From Magnetococcales bacterium (GTDB lineage: Bacteria > Pseudomonadota > Magnetococcia > Magnetococcales > JADGAQ01): DNA of 64,000 nucleotides. Below are positions 1 to 8,578 of the stretch, piece after piece; within the stretch, counting starts at the first letter, position 1; each line of letters starts with the position of its first letter. A program made the position numbers and the translations under genes. The stretch is from positions 4,791 to 68,790 of the forward strand of contig JADGAQ010000002.1 of assembly GCA_015231925.1 (NCBI GenBank), written 5' to 3'. The notes below the pieces were generated by a model, which was not told the DNA's origin, ran no database searches, and saw only the letters and a list, made by a program, of their open reading frames with translations.

Positions 1-66
1 AAATAAAGTCGGTGGGGTTTCGCCGGCCGGAAGGGGTCGCAAGGGGCCGGTGCGGCTGGGAGGGAC

Positions 67-648
67 TCAAACGGAGGAGGGTTTTGGAGCGAACGGATCG
101 CCCAGGAGACAGACTTCCCGTTTACTCAGCAACCACTGTCGCCACACCTCGCCGGATTCGAGGAAGAAGACGATTTTGCGTCCCCGATGTCCTCCGGTGT
201 CCACCCGCATGGGCTGGAGTTCGACGGTGCTGAGAATCTTCAGAGCCGATTCGACGTTGGCTTTTCCGACACTGAAACGGGATTTGTGGAACGACCTGCC
301 ATGAATCAGCATGTCGGAACCCCCGAAGAGTTTGAGCTGCAACTCCCGGTAGGGCAGACCGCGGTCGGCGCATTCCGTCAACATGTGGGCCACGACGCAA
401 TCCACGTAACGGAAGCAGTTGGCATCCCACCCCCGGCAATGATCCTGCTCCACCAGATGCTCCGCCCGGCAGGTGGGCAGCATGCCGTGACACATCATGC
501 CGGTACGGGTTGGGGCGTGATAGATGGTCAAGGCCACGCAGGAACCCAGAATGGTGGTGACCACCCCGTGATTCTGGCCGATGAAGAACTCCCCCTGTTT
601 GAGATTGACCGCCATGGCCAAGTGGTGCTGGGTAAGTCGGTCCCTCAT
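67..648 (-). CDS. cheD: Chemoreceptor glutamine deamidase CheD
   Basis: 193-aa ORF with CheD-family sequence including the catalytic-Cys motif TILGSCVALTIYH. It lies 23 bp downstream of cheR on the same strand. Confidence 0.85.
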   Translation of the reverse strand: MRDRLTQHHLAMAVNLKQGEFFIGQNHGVVTTILGSCVALTIYHAPTRTGMMCHGMLPTCRAEHLVEQDHCRGWDANCFRYVDCVVAHMLTECADRGLPYRELQLKLFGGSDMLIHGRSFHKSRFSVGKANVESALKILSTVELQPMRVDTGGHRGRKIVFFLESGEVWRQWLLSKREVCLLGDPFAPKPSSV

Positions 649-671
649 GTGGGCAACAGTCCTTTTTCAGA

Positions 672-1550
672 CTACTTTGGCAACTGATAGATGGTGGGGG
701 CGACCTGTTTGACCGGCACGTTGAGATTGTTCAGAGATTCGGAATGACCGATGAAAAGATAACCTCCTGGAATCAGATGACGACATATCTTGTTGACAAT
801 CTGCTCGGTGGTGATGCGGTCGAAATAGATGATGACGTTGCGACAGAAGACCACATCCATGCGCTCTCTCAAGCCGTAATCGGCATCCATGAAATTGAGG
901 CGCTGGAAGCGCACCATCTGCCGCAACTCCGGCCCGATGCGGGCCAGGGGACGCTCCCGGCTTTTGAGCAGGTATTTCTTCTTCAGGGTCATGGGGATGG
1001 GCGCCACCTTTTCCAGTTCGTAGATGGCATCCTTGGCCTTTTTCAAGACCCGGGTGGAGATGTCCGTGGCCAGGATGGAGGCCTGAAAGGAGCCCTGGCT
1101 TTCGCCGAACTCCGCCAGCACCATGGCCAGGGTGTAGGGCTCCTCCCCCGAGGAACAGGCCGCGCTCCAGACATTGAGACGACGCCGTACCCCGGCCCCT
1201 TCCCGAGCGATCAGATCGGGCAGGGCCTCCCGCACCAGGTAGTCGAAATGGGCCGATTCCCGGAAAAAATCGGTCTTGTTGGTGGTGACGATGTCGATGA
1301 AGTGAATCAGCTCGTCCCCGGCCGCACCCGGCGTCAGCACCCAGTCGATGTATTCCGAAAAGGAGTCCATGCCCAGAGTGCGCAACCGCTTCTGAATACG
1401 CGCCGTCAGCATGGTTTTTTTGGCAGGCGGCATTTGAATACCGCACTGCTGATAGATAAACTGGCTGAGCTGATTGAACTTGTGGTCCGGGATGGTGGTT
1501 TCCATGAGACTCGGATCGATCGTGGCGGCTAGGGTGGACGACAGGAGCAT
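672..1550 (-). CDS. cheR: Chemotaxis protein methyltransferase CheR
   Basis: ORF 672..1619. Has the CheR N-terminal helical domain (FNQLSQFIYQQCGI) and the SAM-MTase core (VWSAACSSGEEPYTLAM, VFCRNVIIYFD, GGYLFIGHSES). Start is uncertain: ATG 1550 is preferred; 1505 and 1619 are possible. Confidence 0.85.
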   Translation of the reverse strand: MLLSSTLAATIDPSLMETTIPDHKFNQLSQFIYQQCGIQMPPAKKTMLTARIQKRLRTLGMDSFSEYIDWVLTPGAAGDELIHFIDIVTTNKTDFFRESAHFDYLVREALPDLIAREGAGVRRRLNVWSAACSSGEEPYTLAMVLAEFGESQGSFQASILATDISTRVLKKAKDAIYELEKVAPIPMTLKKKYLLKSRERPLARIGPELRQMVRFQRLNFMDADYGLRERMDVVFCRNVIIYFDRITTEQIVNKICRHLIPGGYLFIGHSESLNNLNVPVKQVAPTIYQLPK

Positions 1551-1664
1551 TGTACCCTGGTTGCAACGCGGACGCTCCCCTTTTTTCACGATCCCCCCTG
1601 GGGAAATCGAGAGAGGCATGCGAGGAAACCGTGATCTTTTCCTTGACCGGGAAGGGAAATTCGA

Positions 1665-1691
1665 GAGAATATGAGAATCTTAGAATATTCT
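1665..1691. promoter_or_regulatory. Three AGAAT half-sites phased 8 bp apart, the last inside the perfect 10-bp palindrome AGAATATTCT
   Basis: gAGAATatgAGAATcttAGAATATTCT in the cheR/dsrA divergent intergenic region. AGAAT starts at 1666, 1674 and 1682. Confidence 0.3.
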
Positions 1692-1855
1692 ATTATGTTG
1701 CGTTGCAAAAAATCCCCGAATCGCAAACAACAAGAAAAGGCTCGGCGACACGCCGGGCACTGCGGGCGATGCAGAAGAAACTGAAGGGTTTGTTCGCCCC
1801 TTTGGTCCGTTTTTGACCTGAATCACTGAATGCCAACGAGGAAAGGAATGAAACA

Positions 1856-3130
1856 ATGAGCGGGCAGGTCACGGAGTTGAAAACGCCGTTGCTGGATCAA
1901 TTGGAATCCGGCGATTGGCCCAGTTTTGTGACGGATTTGAAGGCGTGGTCGAAAGTCAAGCCCCAGGTGGCCCAACTGCTGAACCAGTTGAACGAATCCT
2001 ACGAGAATCGCTGGAACTACTGGACCGGAACCGTGCTGAACGTTCCCGGTTACGGCGGCGGGGTCATCGCCCGTCTCTCCGAGAAGGCGGACAAGTATCC
2101 CGATATCGCCCAGTTCCATACCATCCGCATCATCGAGCCGCCGGGCTGGGTATACAATACCAAGTCCCTGCGCAATCTGGCGGATACCAGCTCCAAGTAC
2201 GGCGCGGGCATCCTGCAGTTGCACGGCATGACCGGCGACGTGCTGTTGCTGGGCTTCGACAACGAGAACACCTACAAGGCCGCGGAAGCCCTGATGAGCG
2301 ACGGCTGGGATCTGGGCGGCTCCGGCGGCGCCCTGCGCACCCTGCAGTGCTGCGTGGGTCAGGCCCGTTGCGAAATGGCCTGCTACGACACCATGCGCAC
2401 CACCAAGTTCCTGACGGATCACTACATCGATTTCCTGCATCGTCCGGAATTCGTCTACAAGTTCAAGTTCAAGCTCTCCGGATGCCCGAACGACTGCGCC
2501 AACGCCATGATGCGCTGCGACATGCCCATCATCGGCACCTGGCGCGGCCCGATGCAGGTCGATCAGGCGGAAGTCAAAGCCTTCATCGAAAAGAAGGGCG
2601 TGGAGTACGTCATCGACAACGTGCTGACCCGCTGCCCGACCCGCTGCATGTCCCTGCGCAACGGCGAAATGGTCATCGAGCACGAGAACTGCGTGCGCTG
2701 CATGCACTGCATCAACGTGATGCACAAGGCGCTGAAGCCGGGCAAGGATCGTGGCGTCACCATCCTCGTGGGCGGCAAGCGCACCCTGAAGATCGGCGAC
2801 ACCATGAGCACCATGATCGTGCCCTTCATGAAGCTGGAGACGGAAGAGGATTACGAGAAGCTGGTCGATTTCGTGGATCGTTGCTGGGAGTTCTGGAACG
2901 ACAACGGCATGGATCACGAGCGTATCGGCGAGTTCATCTATCGCGTCGGTCTGGGCACCTTCCTGGAAGGCATCGGGGAGAAGCCGGACGCCCGCATGGT
3001 GACCCGTCCCCGCACCAGCCCCTACATCAAGTTCGAGGAGCTGGCTCCGCGTCGTTTGGACGGCGAGGAGAAGGGACGCATCACGCCGGTCTGGAATCGC
3101 GAACCGGAATTCACCGAAGCGGCCTCCTGA
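1856..3130 (+). CDS. dsrA: Dissimilatory sulfite reductase alpha subunit DsrA
   Basis: 424 aa. Has the siroheme/[4Fe-4S] Cys clusters (CCVGQARCEMAC; SGCPNDCANA) and the ferredoxin insert (CPTRC ... CVRCMHCINV). RBS aggaaaggaa lies upstream of the ATG. Confidence 0.93.
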   Translation: MSGQVTELKTPLLDQLESGDWPSFVTDLKAWSKVKPQVAQLLNQLNESYENRWNYWTGTVLNVPGYGGGVIARLSEKADKYPDIAQFHTIRIIEPPGWVYNTKSLRNLADTSSKYGAGILQLHGMTGDVLLLGFDNENTYKAAEALMSDGWDLGGSGGALRTLQCCVGQARCEMACYDTMRTTKFLTDHYIDFLHRPEFVYKFKFKLSGCPNDCANAMMRCDMPIIGTWRGPMQVDQAEVKAFIEKKGVEYVIDNVLTRCPTRCMSLRNGEMVIEHENCVRCMHCINVMHKALKPGKDRGVTILVGGKRTLKIGDTMSTMIVPFMKLETEEDYEKLVDFVDRCWEFWNDNGMDHERIGEFIYRVGLGTFLEGIGEKPDARMVTRPRTSPYIKFEELAPRRLDGEEKGRITPVWNREPEFTEAAS

Positions 3131-3205
3131 CACGGACCATGACGCCATCCCGATCTTCGGGATGGATGGAATTCGACCTCTACGTTTCTCCAAAGGAAGC
3201 GCGAC

Positions 3206-4279
3206 ATGAGTGAACAGAAAATGGGTCCCCGCAACCAGGGGGCTCCCGACTATACGCAGCACCTGCATCCCCTGATGACCAAGAACTACGGCAAGTGGTC
3301 CTACCACGAGCGGCTCCGGCCCGGCGTGCTGGTCCATGTCGCCGAGAACGGCGACAAGCTCTTCACGGTGCGGGCCGGTTCCCCCCGTACCATGAGCGCC
3401 GCCACGGTCCACAAAATCTGCGACATCGCCGACAAGTACTGTGACGGTTTCCTGCGTTTCACCACCCGCACCAACGTGGAATTCCTCCTGGGCAAGGAGT
3501 CGGATATCCCCGCCCTGATCGCGGACGTGGAAAAGACCCTGGGCTTCCCCATCGGCGGCACCGGTCCTTCGATCTCCAACATCGCCCACACCCAGGGTTG
3601 GCTGCACTGCAACCTGCCCGGCACCGACGCCGCCGGCGCGGTCAAGGCCATGATGGACGAACTGATCGACGAGTTCACCCACGAGCGCCTGCCCAACCGC
3701 GTGCGCCTCTCCACCTCCTGCTGCCAGATCAACTGCGCCAGCCATGCGGACATCTCCGTGATCGTCCAGCATCACCATCCGCCTCGCATCAACCACAACA
3801 ACATGCAGATCTGCGAACTGCCGAAAGTGGTGGCCATCTGCCCGGCGGCGGCCATTCGTCCGGCCGTGGTCAACGGCAAGGAGTCGGTGGAAGTGGTGGA
3901 TGAGAAGTGCATGTACTGCGGCGCCTGCCACGGCCAGTGCCCCAGCATGGAAATCCGCGACGCCGAAACCGACTCCCTCTCCATCTGGATCGGCGGCAAG
4001 ACGGCCAACACCCGCGGCGGCCCCACCTTCATGAAGCTCGCGGTCTGGGGTCTGCCCAACAGACCCCCCCGCTGGCCCGAAGTGGGCACTGCGGTGCGCA
4101 CCATCATCGAGGCCTACAAGTCCTCCGCCAAACCCTGGGAACGGGTCGGCGAATGGGTCGAGCGCATCGGCTGGCAGCGTTTCTTCGAGATGACCGGCTT
4201 CCCCTTCACCAAGTATCACATTGATGACAGCCCGGAAGCCTTCACCACCTTCAACCGCTCCACCCACGTTCGTTTGTAG
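3206..4279 (+). CDS. dsrB: Dissimilatory sulfite reductase beta subunit DsrB
   Basis: 357 aa. Motifs HTQGWLHCN and CCQINCASH, plus ferredoxin insert CMYCGACHGQCP. Starts 75 bp after dsrA. Confidence 0.93.
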   Translation: MSEQKMGPRNQGAPDYTQHLHPLMTKNYGKWSYHERLRPGVLVHVAENGDKLFTVRAGSPRTMSAATVHKICDIADKYCDGFLRFTTRTNVEFLLGKESDIPALIADVEKTLGFPIGGTGPSISNIAHTQGWLHCNLPGTDAAGAVKAMMDELIDEFTHERLPNRVRLSTSCCQINCASHADISVIVQHHHPPRINHNNMQICELPKVVAICPAAAIRPAVVNGKESVEVVDEKCMYCGACHGQCPSMEIRDAETDSLSIWIGGKTANTRGGPTFMKLAVWGLPNRPPRWPEVGTAVRTIIEAYKSSAKPWERVGEWVERIGWQRFFEMTGFPFTKYHIDDSPEAFTTFNRSTHVRL

Positions 4280-4285
4280 CGGGTG

Positions 4286-4364
4286 TATCCCCGGGTTGGC
4301 CGGGGATATCGACATCCCTGGCCAACTTCGGATCAAGCGCCGCGAGGAGTTCTCTTCGCGGCGC
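4286..4364 (+). other. Two GC-rich hairpins in the dsrB-dsrL spacer
   Basis: TATCCCCGG-gttgg-CCGGGGATA (4286-4308) and AGCGCCGCGA-ggagttctct-TCGCGGCGCT (4335-4364). Neither is followed by a T-run. Confidence 0.5.
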
Positions 4365-4497
4365 TGTCAAATCCCCCGGCCCGAGGCACGGTGCGGAACC
4401 CTTCCGCATCGATGCCGGGGCTCGGGGATTTTCCCCGGAATCGTCACGTCCGGCGCGTCAGCGGTCGGCGTATGCAATTGTTCTAGGAGGGTTGTGC

Positions 4498-6369
4498 ATG
4501 GTTGCCCCGTCCATTTTAAGTACGCAAACCCGTGAAGAGGTTGAGTCCCACCTGAAGAACTTCGTTCCCGAAGAGATCGTGGTTCGCAACGGCAGCAGTT
4601 GGAAGTGCCCGACCTATGTGCAGCGCATGCCTCCGTGCCGGGACAGTTGCCCCAGCAGCGAAGACATTCGCGGCTATCTGACCACCATCGCCCAGGCCGA
4701 CATGCTGCGCAAGTCGTCGGAAGAGGTGCTGGATCAGGCCTGGGAGATTCTCACCGACAAGAATCCCCTGCCCGCAGTTCACGGGCGTATTTGCCCCCAT
4801 CCCTGCGAGACCGGCTGCAACCGTCAGCATCTGCCGGACGGCTCCGTGGCCATCAACAACATGGAGCGCTTCGTCGGCGATCATGGCCTGCGTCGCAAAC
4901 TGAAGTTCAAGAAGATCACCGACAAGGTTCAGAGCAAAAAGATCGCCGTGATCGGTTCCGGTCCCAGCGGTCTCTCCTGCGCCTATCAACTGGCGCGTCG
5001 CGGTTATCCCGTGACCATTTTCGAGGCTTTCGAAAAGGCGGGCGGCATGCTGCGTTACGGCATCCCCTCCTACCGTTTGCCGGAGGATGTGCTGGATGGC
5101 GAGATTCAGGCCATTCTCGATCTGGGGGTGGAGCTGCGCTGCAACACCCGGGTCGGTCGGGACATCTCCTTCGAGCAACTGCGCAAGGAATATGACGCCG
5201 TCTATATCGCCGCCGGGGCTCACAAGGGTGTGGCTCTGGGTGTCGAGGGGGAGAATTCCGCCAATGTCTTCACCGGCGCCAGCTTCCTCAACCGGGTCAA
5301 TACCGGCGCCAAAGTGGAGATCGGACGCCGTGTGGTGGTCATCGGTGGTGGTGACAGCGCCGTGGACGCCGCCCGTGTTTCCCTGCGTCTGAACAACGCC
5401 CTGGAAGCCGCCGAGGCCAAGCATGATCCCGACGCCATCGCCGATGCGCAGCATGCCATCGAGCAGGAAGCCGAGGGAGTCGATACCGTGGCCGACAAGA
5501 CCATGTTCGACGCCGCTCGGGCTTCCAAGCGCAGCTCCCGCTACTCCGAGGTGACCATTCTCTACCGGCGCACCCGGGAAGAGATGCCGGCCATCACCAA
5601 GGACGTGGTGGAGGCCGAACACGAAGGCATTCGCTTCGAATTCCTGGCCGCTCCGGTGGGTTTCGTCACCGAGGGGGGGCGCGCCACCGCCATCAAGTGC
5701 ATTCGCATGGAACTTGGTCCCAAAGACAAGTCCGGGCGTCGTTCCCCGGTTCCCATTGCCGGTTCCGAGTTCACCCTGCCGGTGGATACCGTCATCGTGG
5801 GTATCGGGCAGCAGCCCGAGTTGGTCGAGGGCATGGAGGAGCTGGCCAATAAATGGGGTTGGGTTGATGCCAACGCCACCCATTGCACCAAGGTTGCCGG
5901 TATTTTCGCCGGCGGCGACGTGCTGGGGCTGGGTATTTCCACCCGTTCCGTGGGTCACGGACGCATCGCGGCCCGAGCCATCAATGCCTATTTGACCGGC
6001 GAGAACTATCAGTTGCCTTATCGGGGCAAGCCGGTTCGCATCGAGGAGATGCGGCCCTCCTATTACAAGCCGTTGGCGCGTAACGAGGAGGAGCATATCG
6101 ACCTGGAGGTGGCGTCCAAGGACTTTTCGGAGATTTTCAAGACCCTGTCCACCTCTCAGGCGTTGGCCGAAGCCAAACGGTGCATGAGCTGCGGCTTGTG
6201 TTTCGTTTGTGACCAGTGCCGGATTTACTGCCCGCGGGAGGCGATTCATCGCGATCTCAAGCGTCCCAAGGGCCGTATCATGTTTACCGACTACACCCGC
6301 TGCAACGGGTGTCACGTCTGTCAGCAGGCCTGTCCCTGCGGGTACATTCAGATGGGCATGGGTTTCTGA
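4498..6369 (+). CDS. dsrL: DsrL-type NAD(P)H:acceptor oxidoreductase (GltD-like iron-sulfur flavoprotein)
   Basis: N-terminal Cys cluster, two dinucleotide folds (IAVIGSGPSGLSCAY; VVVIGGGDSAVDAA) and a C-terminal 2x[4Fe-4S] ferredoxin (CMSCGLCFVCDQCRIYCP; CNGCHVCQQACP). ATG 4498 lies 7 nt after AGGAGG; the track start at 4492 is TTG. Confidence 0.85.
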   Translation: MVAPSILSTQTREEVESHLKNFVPEEIVVRNGSSWKCPTYVQRMPPCRDSCPSSEDIRGYLTTIAQADMLRKSSEEVLDQAWEILTDKNPLPAVHGRICPHPCETGCNRQHLPDGSVAINNMERFVGDHGLRRKLKFKKITDKVQSKKIAVIGSGPSGLSCAYQLARRGYPVTIFEAFEKAGGMLRYGIPSYRLPEDVLDGEIQAILDLGVELRCNTRVGRDISFEQLRKEYDAVYIAAGAHKGVALGVEGENSANVFTGASFLNRVNTGAKVEIGRRVVVIGGGDSAVDAARVSLRLNNALEAAEAKHDPDAIADAQHAIEQEAEGVDTVADKTMFDAARASKRSSRYSEVTILYRRTREEMPAITKDVVEAEHEGIRFEFLAAPVGFVTEGGRATAIKCIRMELGPKDKSGRRSPVPIAGSEFTLPVDTVIVGIGQQPELVEGMEELANKWGWVDANATHCTKVAGIFAGGDVLGLGISTRSVGHGRIAARAINAYLTGENYQLPYRGKPVRIEEMRPSYYKPLARNEEEHIDLEVASKDFSEIFKTLSTSQALAEAKRCMSCGLCFVCDQCRIYCPREAIHRDLKRPKGRIMFTDYTRCNGCHVCQQACPCGYIQMGMGF

Positions 6370-6374
6370 TTCAA

Positions 6375-6424
6375 GGTCCGTGGTGGGGAACCGGAGGGCT
6401 CAGGCCCTCCGGTGGACCGTTTTT
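6375..6424 (+). terminator. Intrinsic terminator after dsrL
   Basis: GGTCC...CCGGAGGGC-tcag-GCCCTCCGG...GGACC followed by GTTTTT. Confidence 0.6.
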
Positions 6425-6666
6425 CGTCGTATCCCCCTCTCCGCTTTCCTGTGCGACTCTCTTTCCCCCCTACGGGGATTCGGGGGCTCCGACGGTTCCG
6501 GCAGCACCCTGGGACCCCCTCTTCCGTCTTCAGCCGCTCTTCTTTCAAGCTTGTCCTGCAAAAACACGGGGTTCGGGGGGAAAACATCCCCTCTGAACCC
6601 CGTGTTCCCGAATCGTTTCGCTTGCCTTCGGGTCAATAACATGGCTTCAGAGAGCGCAACCGTCTC

Positions 6667-6786
6667 ATTTGCAGATAGGAATTATTTATATCATTAGTTT
6701 TGCATCTATAAGCACAATAAATTAGCAAGCTATAATATATTTCCCTGTCAAACAATTATATATAATAATTATACATCATTATTCAC
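6667..6786. promoter_or_regulatory. Extremely AT-rich tract upstream of mucR
   Basis: About 120 bp of attatttatatcattag...ctataatatatt...attatatataataattatacatcattatt in an otherwise GC-rich window. Contains a perfect TATAAT at 6731-6736. Confidence 0.4.
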
Positions 6787-6996
6787 CGGTCCCGCCAGCA
6801 CCTTCCAAACAGCCTAAATAAATTCAAAAAAGACCACATCACCACTTGCCGATTACATCATCCTTCGCTACAAAGAGAATCAACCGGAACGGAGCCGTCA
6901 CGCTCCATGACAAGAAGAGAGTCGGTTCCTCTTCATAAACTATTTGCTTTGTCCAATTCCCATATCCATATGCCCTTTTCCCGGAGTCTCTCCAAC

Positions 6997-7464
6997 ATGT
7001 CTTTGGAGCTCATCAAACGCACCGCAGAACTGGTTACCGCCTTCGTCACCCGTAACGAAATGGCCGCCAAGGAGATCAAACCCCTGCTGGAAGAGGTGTA
7101 CAATACCCTTTCCGGCTTTGCCGCCGAAACAAGCAGGCAAACATCCGGTAAAATACCCGCAGGCGCCATCCTGAAAACGCATGAAATCCCCTCTTCCGCC
7201 CCCACCAATGTTCCCGTCTTCGACGATGCCGCAGACAAGGAAACCGTGAGATGCCTGGTCTGCTCCAAAAAATTCCGCACCCTTAAGAGACATCTCATTG
7301 CAAAACACGGAATAACCCAGGATCAATATCGTAAACAATACGGTCTTAAAGCTAAGGATTTAATCGCTCCAGGATACTCCGCAATGCGGGCCAATATGGC
7401 CAAAGAACATAATTTAGGGGGTAATTTGCGTCATTCAAAGAGTGATCGTGTGTCAGAAGAGTAA
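6997..7464 (+). CDS. mucR: MucR/Ros family zinc-finger transcriptional regulator
   Basis: C-terminal Ros/MucR signature VRCLVCSKKFRTLKRHLIAKHGITQDQYRKQYGL. The N-terminus MSLELIKRTAELVTAFV is typical of the family. ATG 6997 (155 aa) is preferred over the track start at 6907. Confidence 0.85.
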   Translation: MSLELIKRTAELVTAFVTRNEMAAKEIKPLLEEVYNTLSGFAAETSRQTSGKIPAGAILKTHEIPSSAPTNVPVFDDAADKETVRCLVCSKKFRTLKRHLIAKHGITQDQYRKQYGLKAKDLIAPGYSAMRANMAKEHNLGGNLRHSKSDRVSEE

Positions 7465-7471
7465 TTCCATT

Positions 7472-7659
7472 GTAACTATTCAGACCCCTGAACGGTGCAG
7501 CATGATTGTGTCAACGGCGAAAGGAAAAGTCCCAGGGGTGCCCCCTGGATCCCATGGGGTCGGAAGTCAACAGCAAACGGAAGAGTCCCAGGGCGCTGCC
7601 CTGGACCCGTCGAGGGGGAGGGATAATCCCCGCCGCCCCCCATATATCCGAACAGTTAA
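7472..7659. repeat. GC-rich MITE-like element (family D), copy with a duplicated inner module
   Basis: Termini GTAACTATTCAGA ... CCGAACAGTTAA. Inner modules GTCCCAGGG-n-CCCTGGA and GGGATAATCCCC. Related to the copies at 11224, 36302, 37330, 42251, 42488 and 62345. Confidence 0.7.
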
Positions 7660-7830
7660 TATTTTTTCATTTCAAACTACTAAAGAAATTTAAATTAACA
7701 AATTAAAACAAGAGCGGACAATTATCGGAAACATTGAACTTAAACTGTCGCCCCGGTAAAGCCGAAGGTTTGTCAGCCTTCACTTTACTTTATTAGATTT
7801 CATATATCTCAAATCTTAGCGGAGTGGAAG

Positions 7831-8547
7831 ATGACTAACAGGAAGATATGGACTCTTTTATCCTTGTTGACCGTGCTATTCGGTGTATCCGGATGTGCAA
7901 CGCTTCTTCCTTTACCGGATGAAATGGCCAGCGTCTTGTTGGACGAGAAGGTCGAAAAGGTATTGGATAGATTTTGCCCCATCTCCGCCGACCCGAAGAA
8001 CGTAACCTTCGATGACCGGGTTATTCGTTCCTACGCCGTCTTGGCAGCTGTCGTTGGACACGGATATCGGACGCTTGAGAATTACGGCTTCTCGAAAGAG
8101 GACTCAAAGTTCTTTGCTGAAAAGATCGTGAGCAAAATAAAACCATCGCTTGAGCTGATCAAAAAGATGGATGATGAAAAATCAGCTTACTTTTTTCTTC
8201 CACACGGCGATGTCGTTGTGGAATTAAGCAAAGTGGCCTTGGCATCGATCGAACCCTCCATAAAGATCGGCAAGAAACCGGCCGATCTATTGCTCTCTTC
8301 AAATCGGGAGCAAGCGGCAGGATTGCTCATTCAAATCCTGGAGGACAAGCTCTATTTCGACGCCTTCCACAATAGTTGCTACTGCTATGCAAACACTGGA
8401 AAAAAAGCCGAGACAATACCCATGACCTGCCCCACAACAGCGACGGACATGAAGGCCAAATTCAAAGAGCGCATCACGGATCGCTGCGAGAAGCTAAAAG
8501 GTTTCTTTGATAATAATAGTACTAATTATGAGTGCGAGGTAAAGTAA
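7831..8547 (+). CDS. Cys-rich lipoprotein of unknown function
   Basis: Signal peptide with lipobox (LLTVLFGVSGC). No family recognised. Visibly lower GC than neighbouring genes. Ends 31 bp upstream of the lipase gene. Confidence 0.6.
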   Translation: MTNRKIWTLLSLLTVLFGVSGCATLLPLPDEMASVLLDEKVEKVLDRFCPISADPKNVTFDDRVIRSYAVLAAVVGHGYRTLENYGFSKEDSKFFAEKIVSKIKPSLELIKKMDDEKSAYFFLPHGDVVVELSKVALASIEPSIKIGKKPADLLLSSNREQAAGLLIQILEDKLYFDAFHNSCYCYANTGKKAETIPMTCPTTATDMKAKFKERITDRCEKLKGFFDNNSTNYECEVK

Positions 8548-8578
8548 ATCATCCATACTCTAAATACAGGGGGAGTAT

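Noticed and set aside
1823-4336. Very long stop-free antisense ORFs opposite real genes: 1823..4336, 4516..6315, 11636..14356, 13587..15164, 16275..18170, 28621..30066, 33979..35718, 37657..39324, 51511..54288, 55287..56678, 59036..60730 and 59095..61926.
   Set aside because: Their translations are low-complexity (rich in Gly, Ala, Arg, His, Gln, Pro) with no recognisable motifs. The opposite strand encodes clearly identifiable proteins (DsrAB, DsrL, UvrA, GlnS, kinases and others). This pattern is expected in GC-rich genes that avoid TTA, CTA and TCA codons, which removes stops from the antisense frame. They are shadow ORFs, not overlapping genes.
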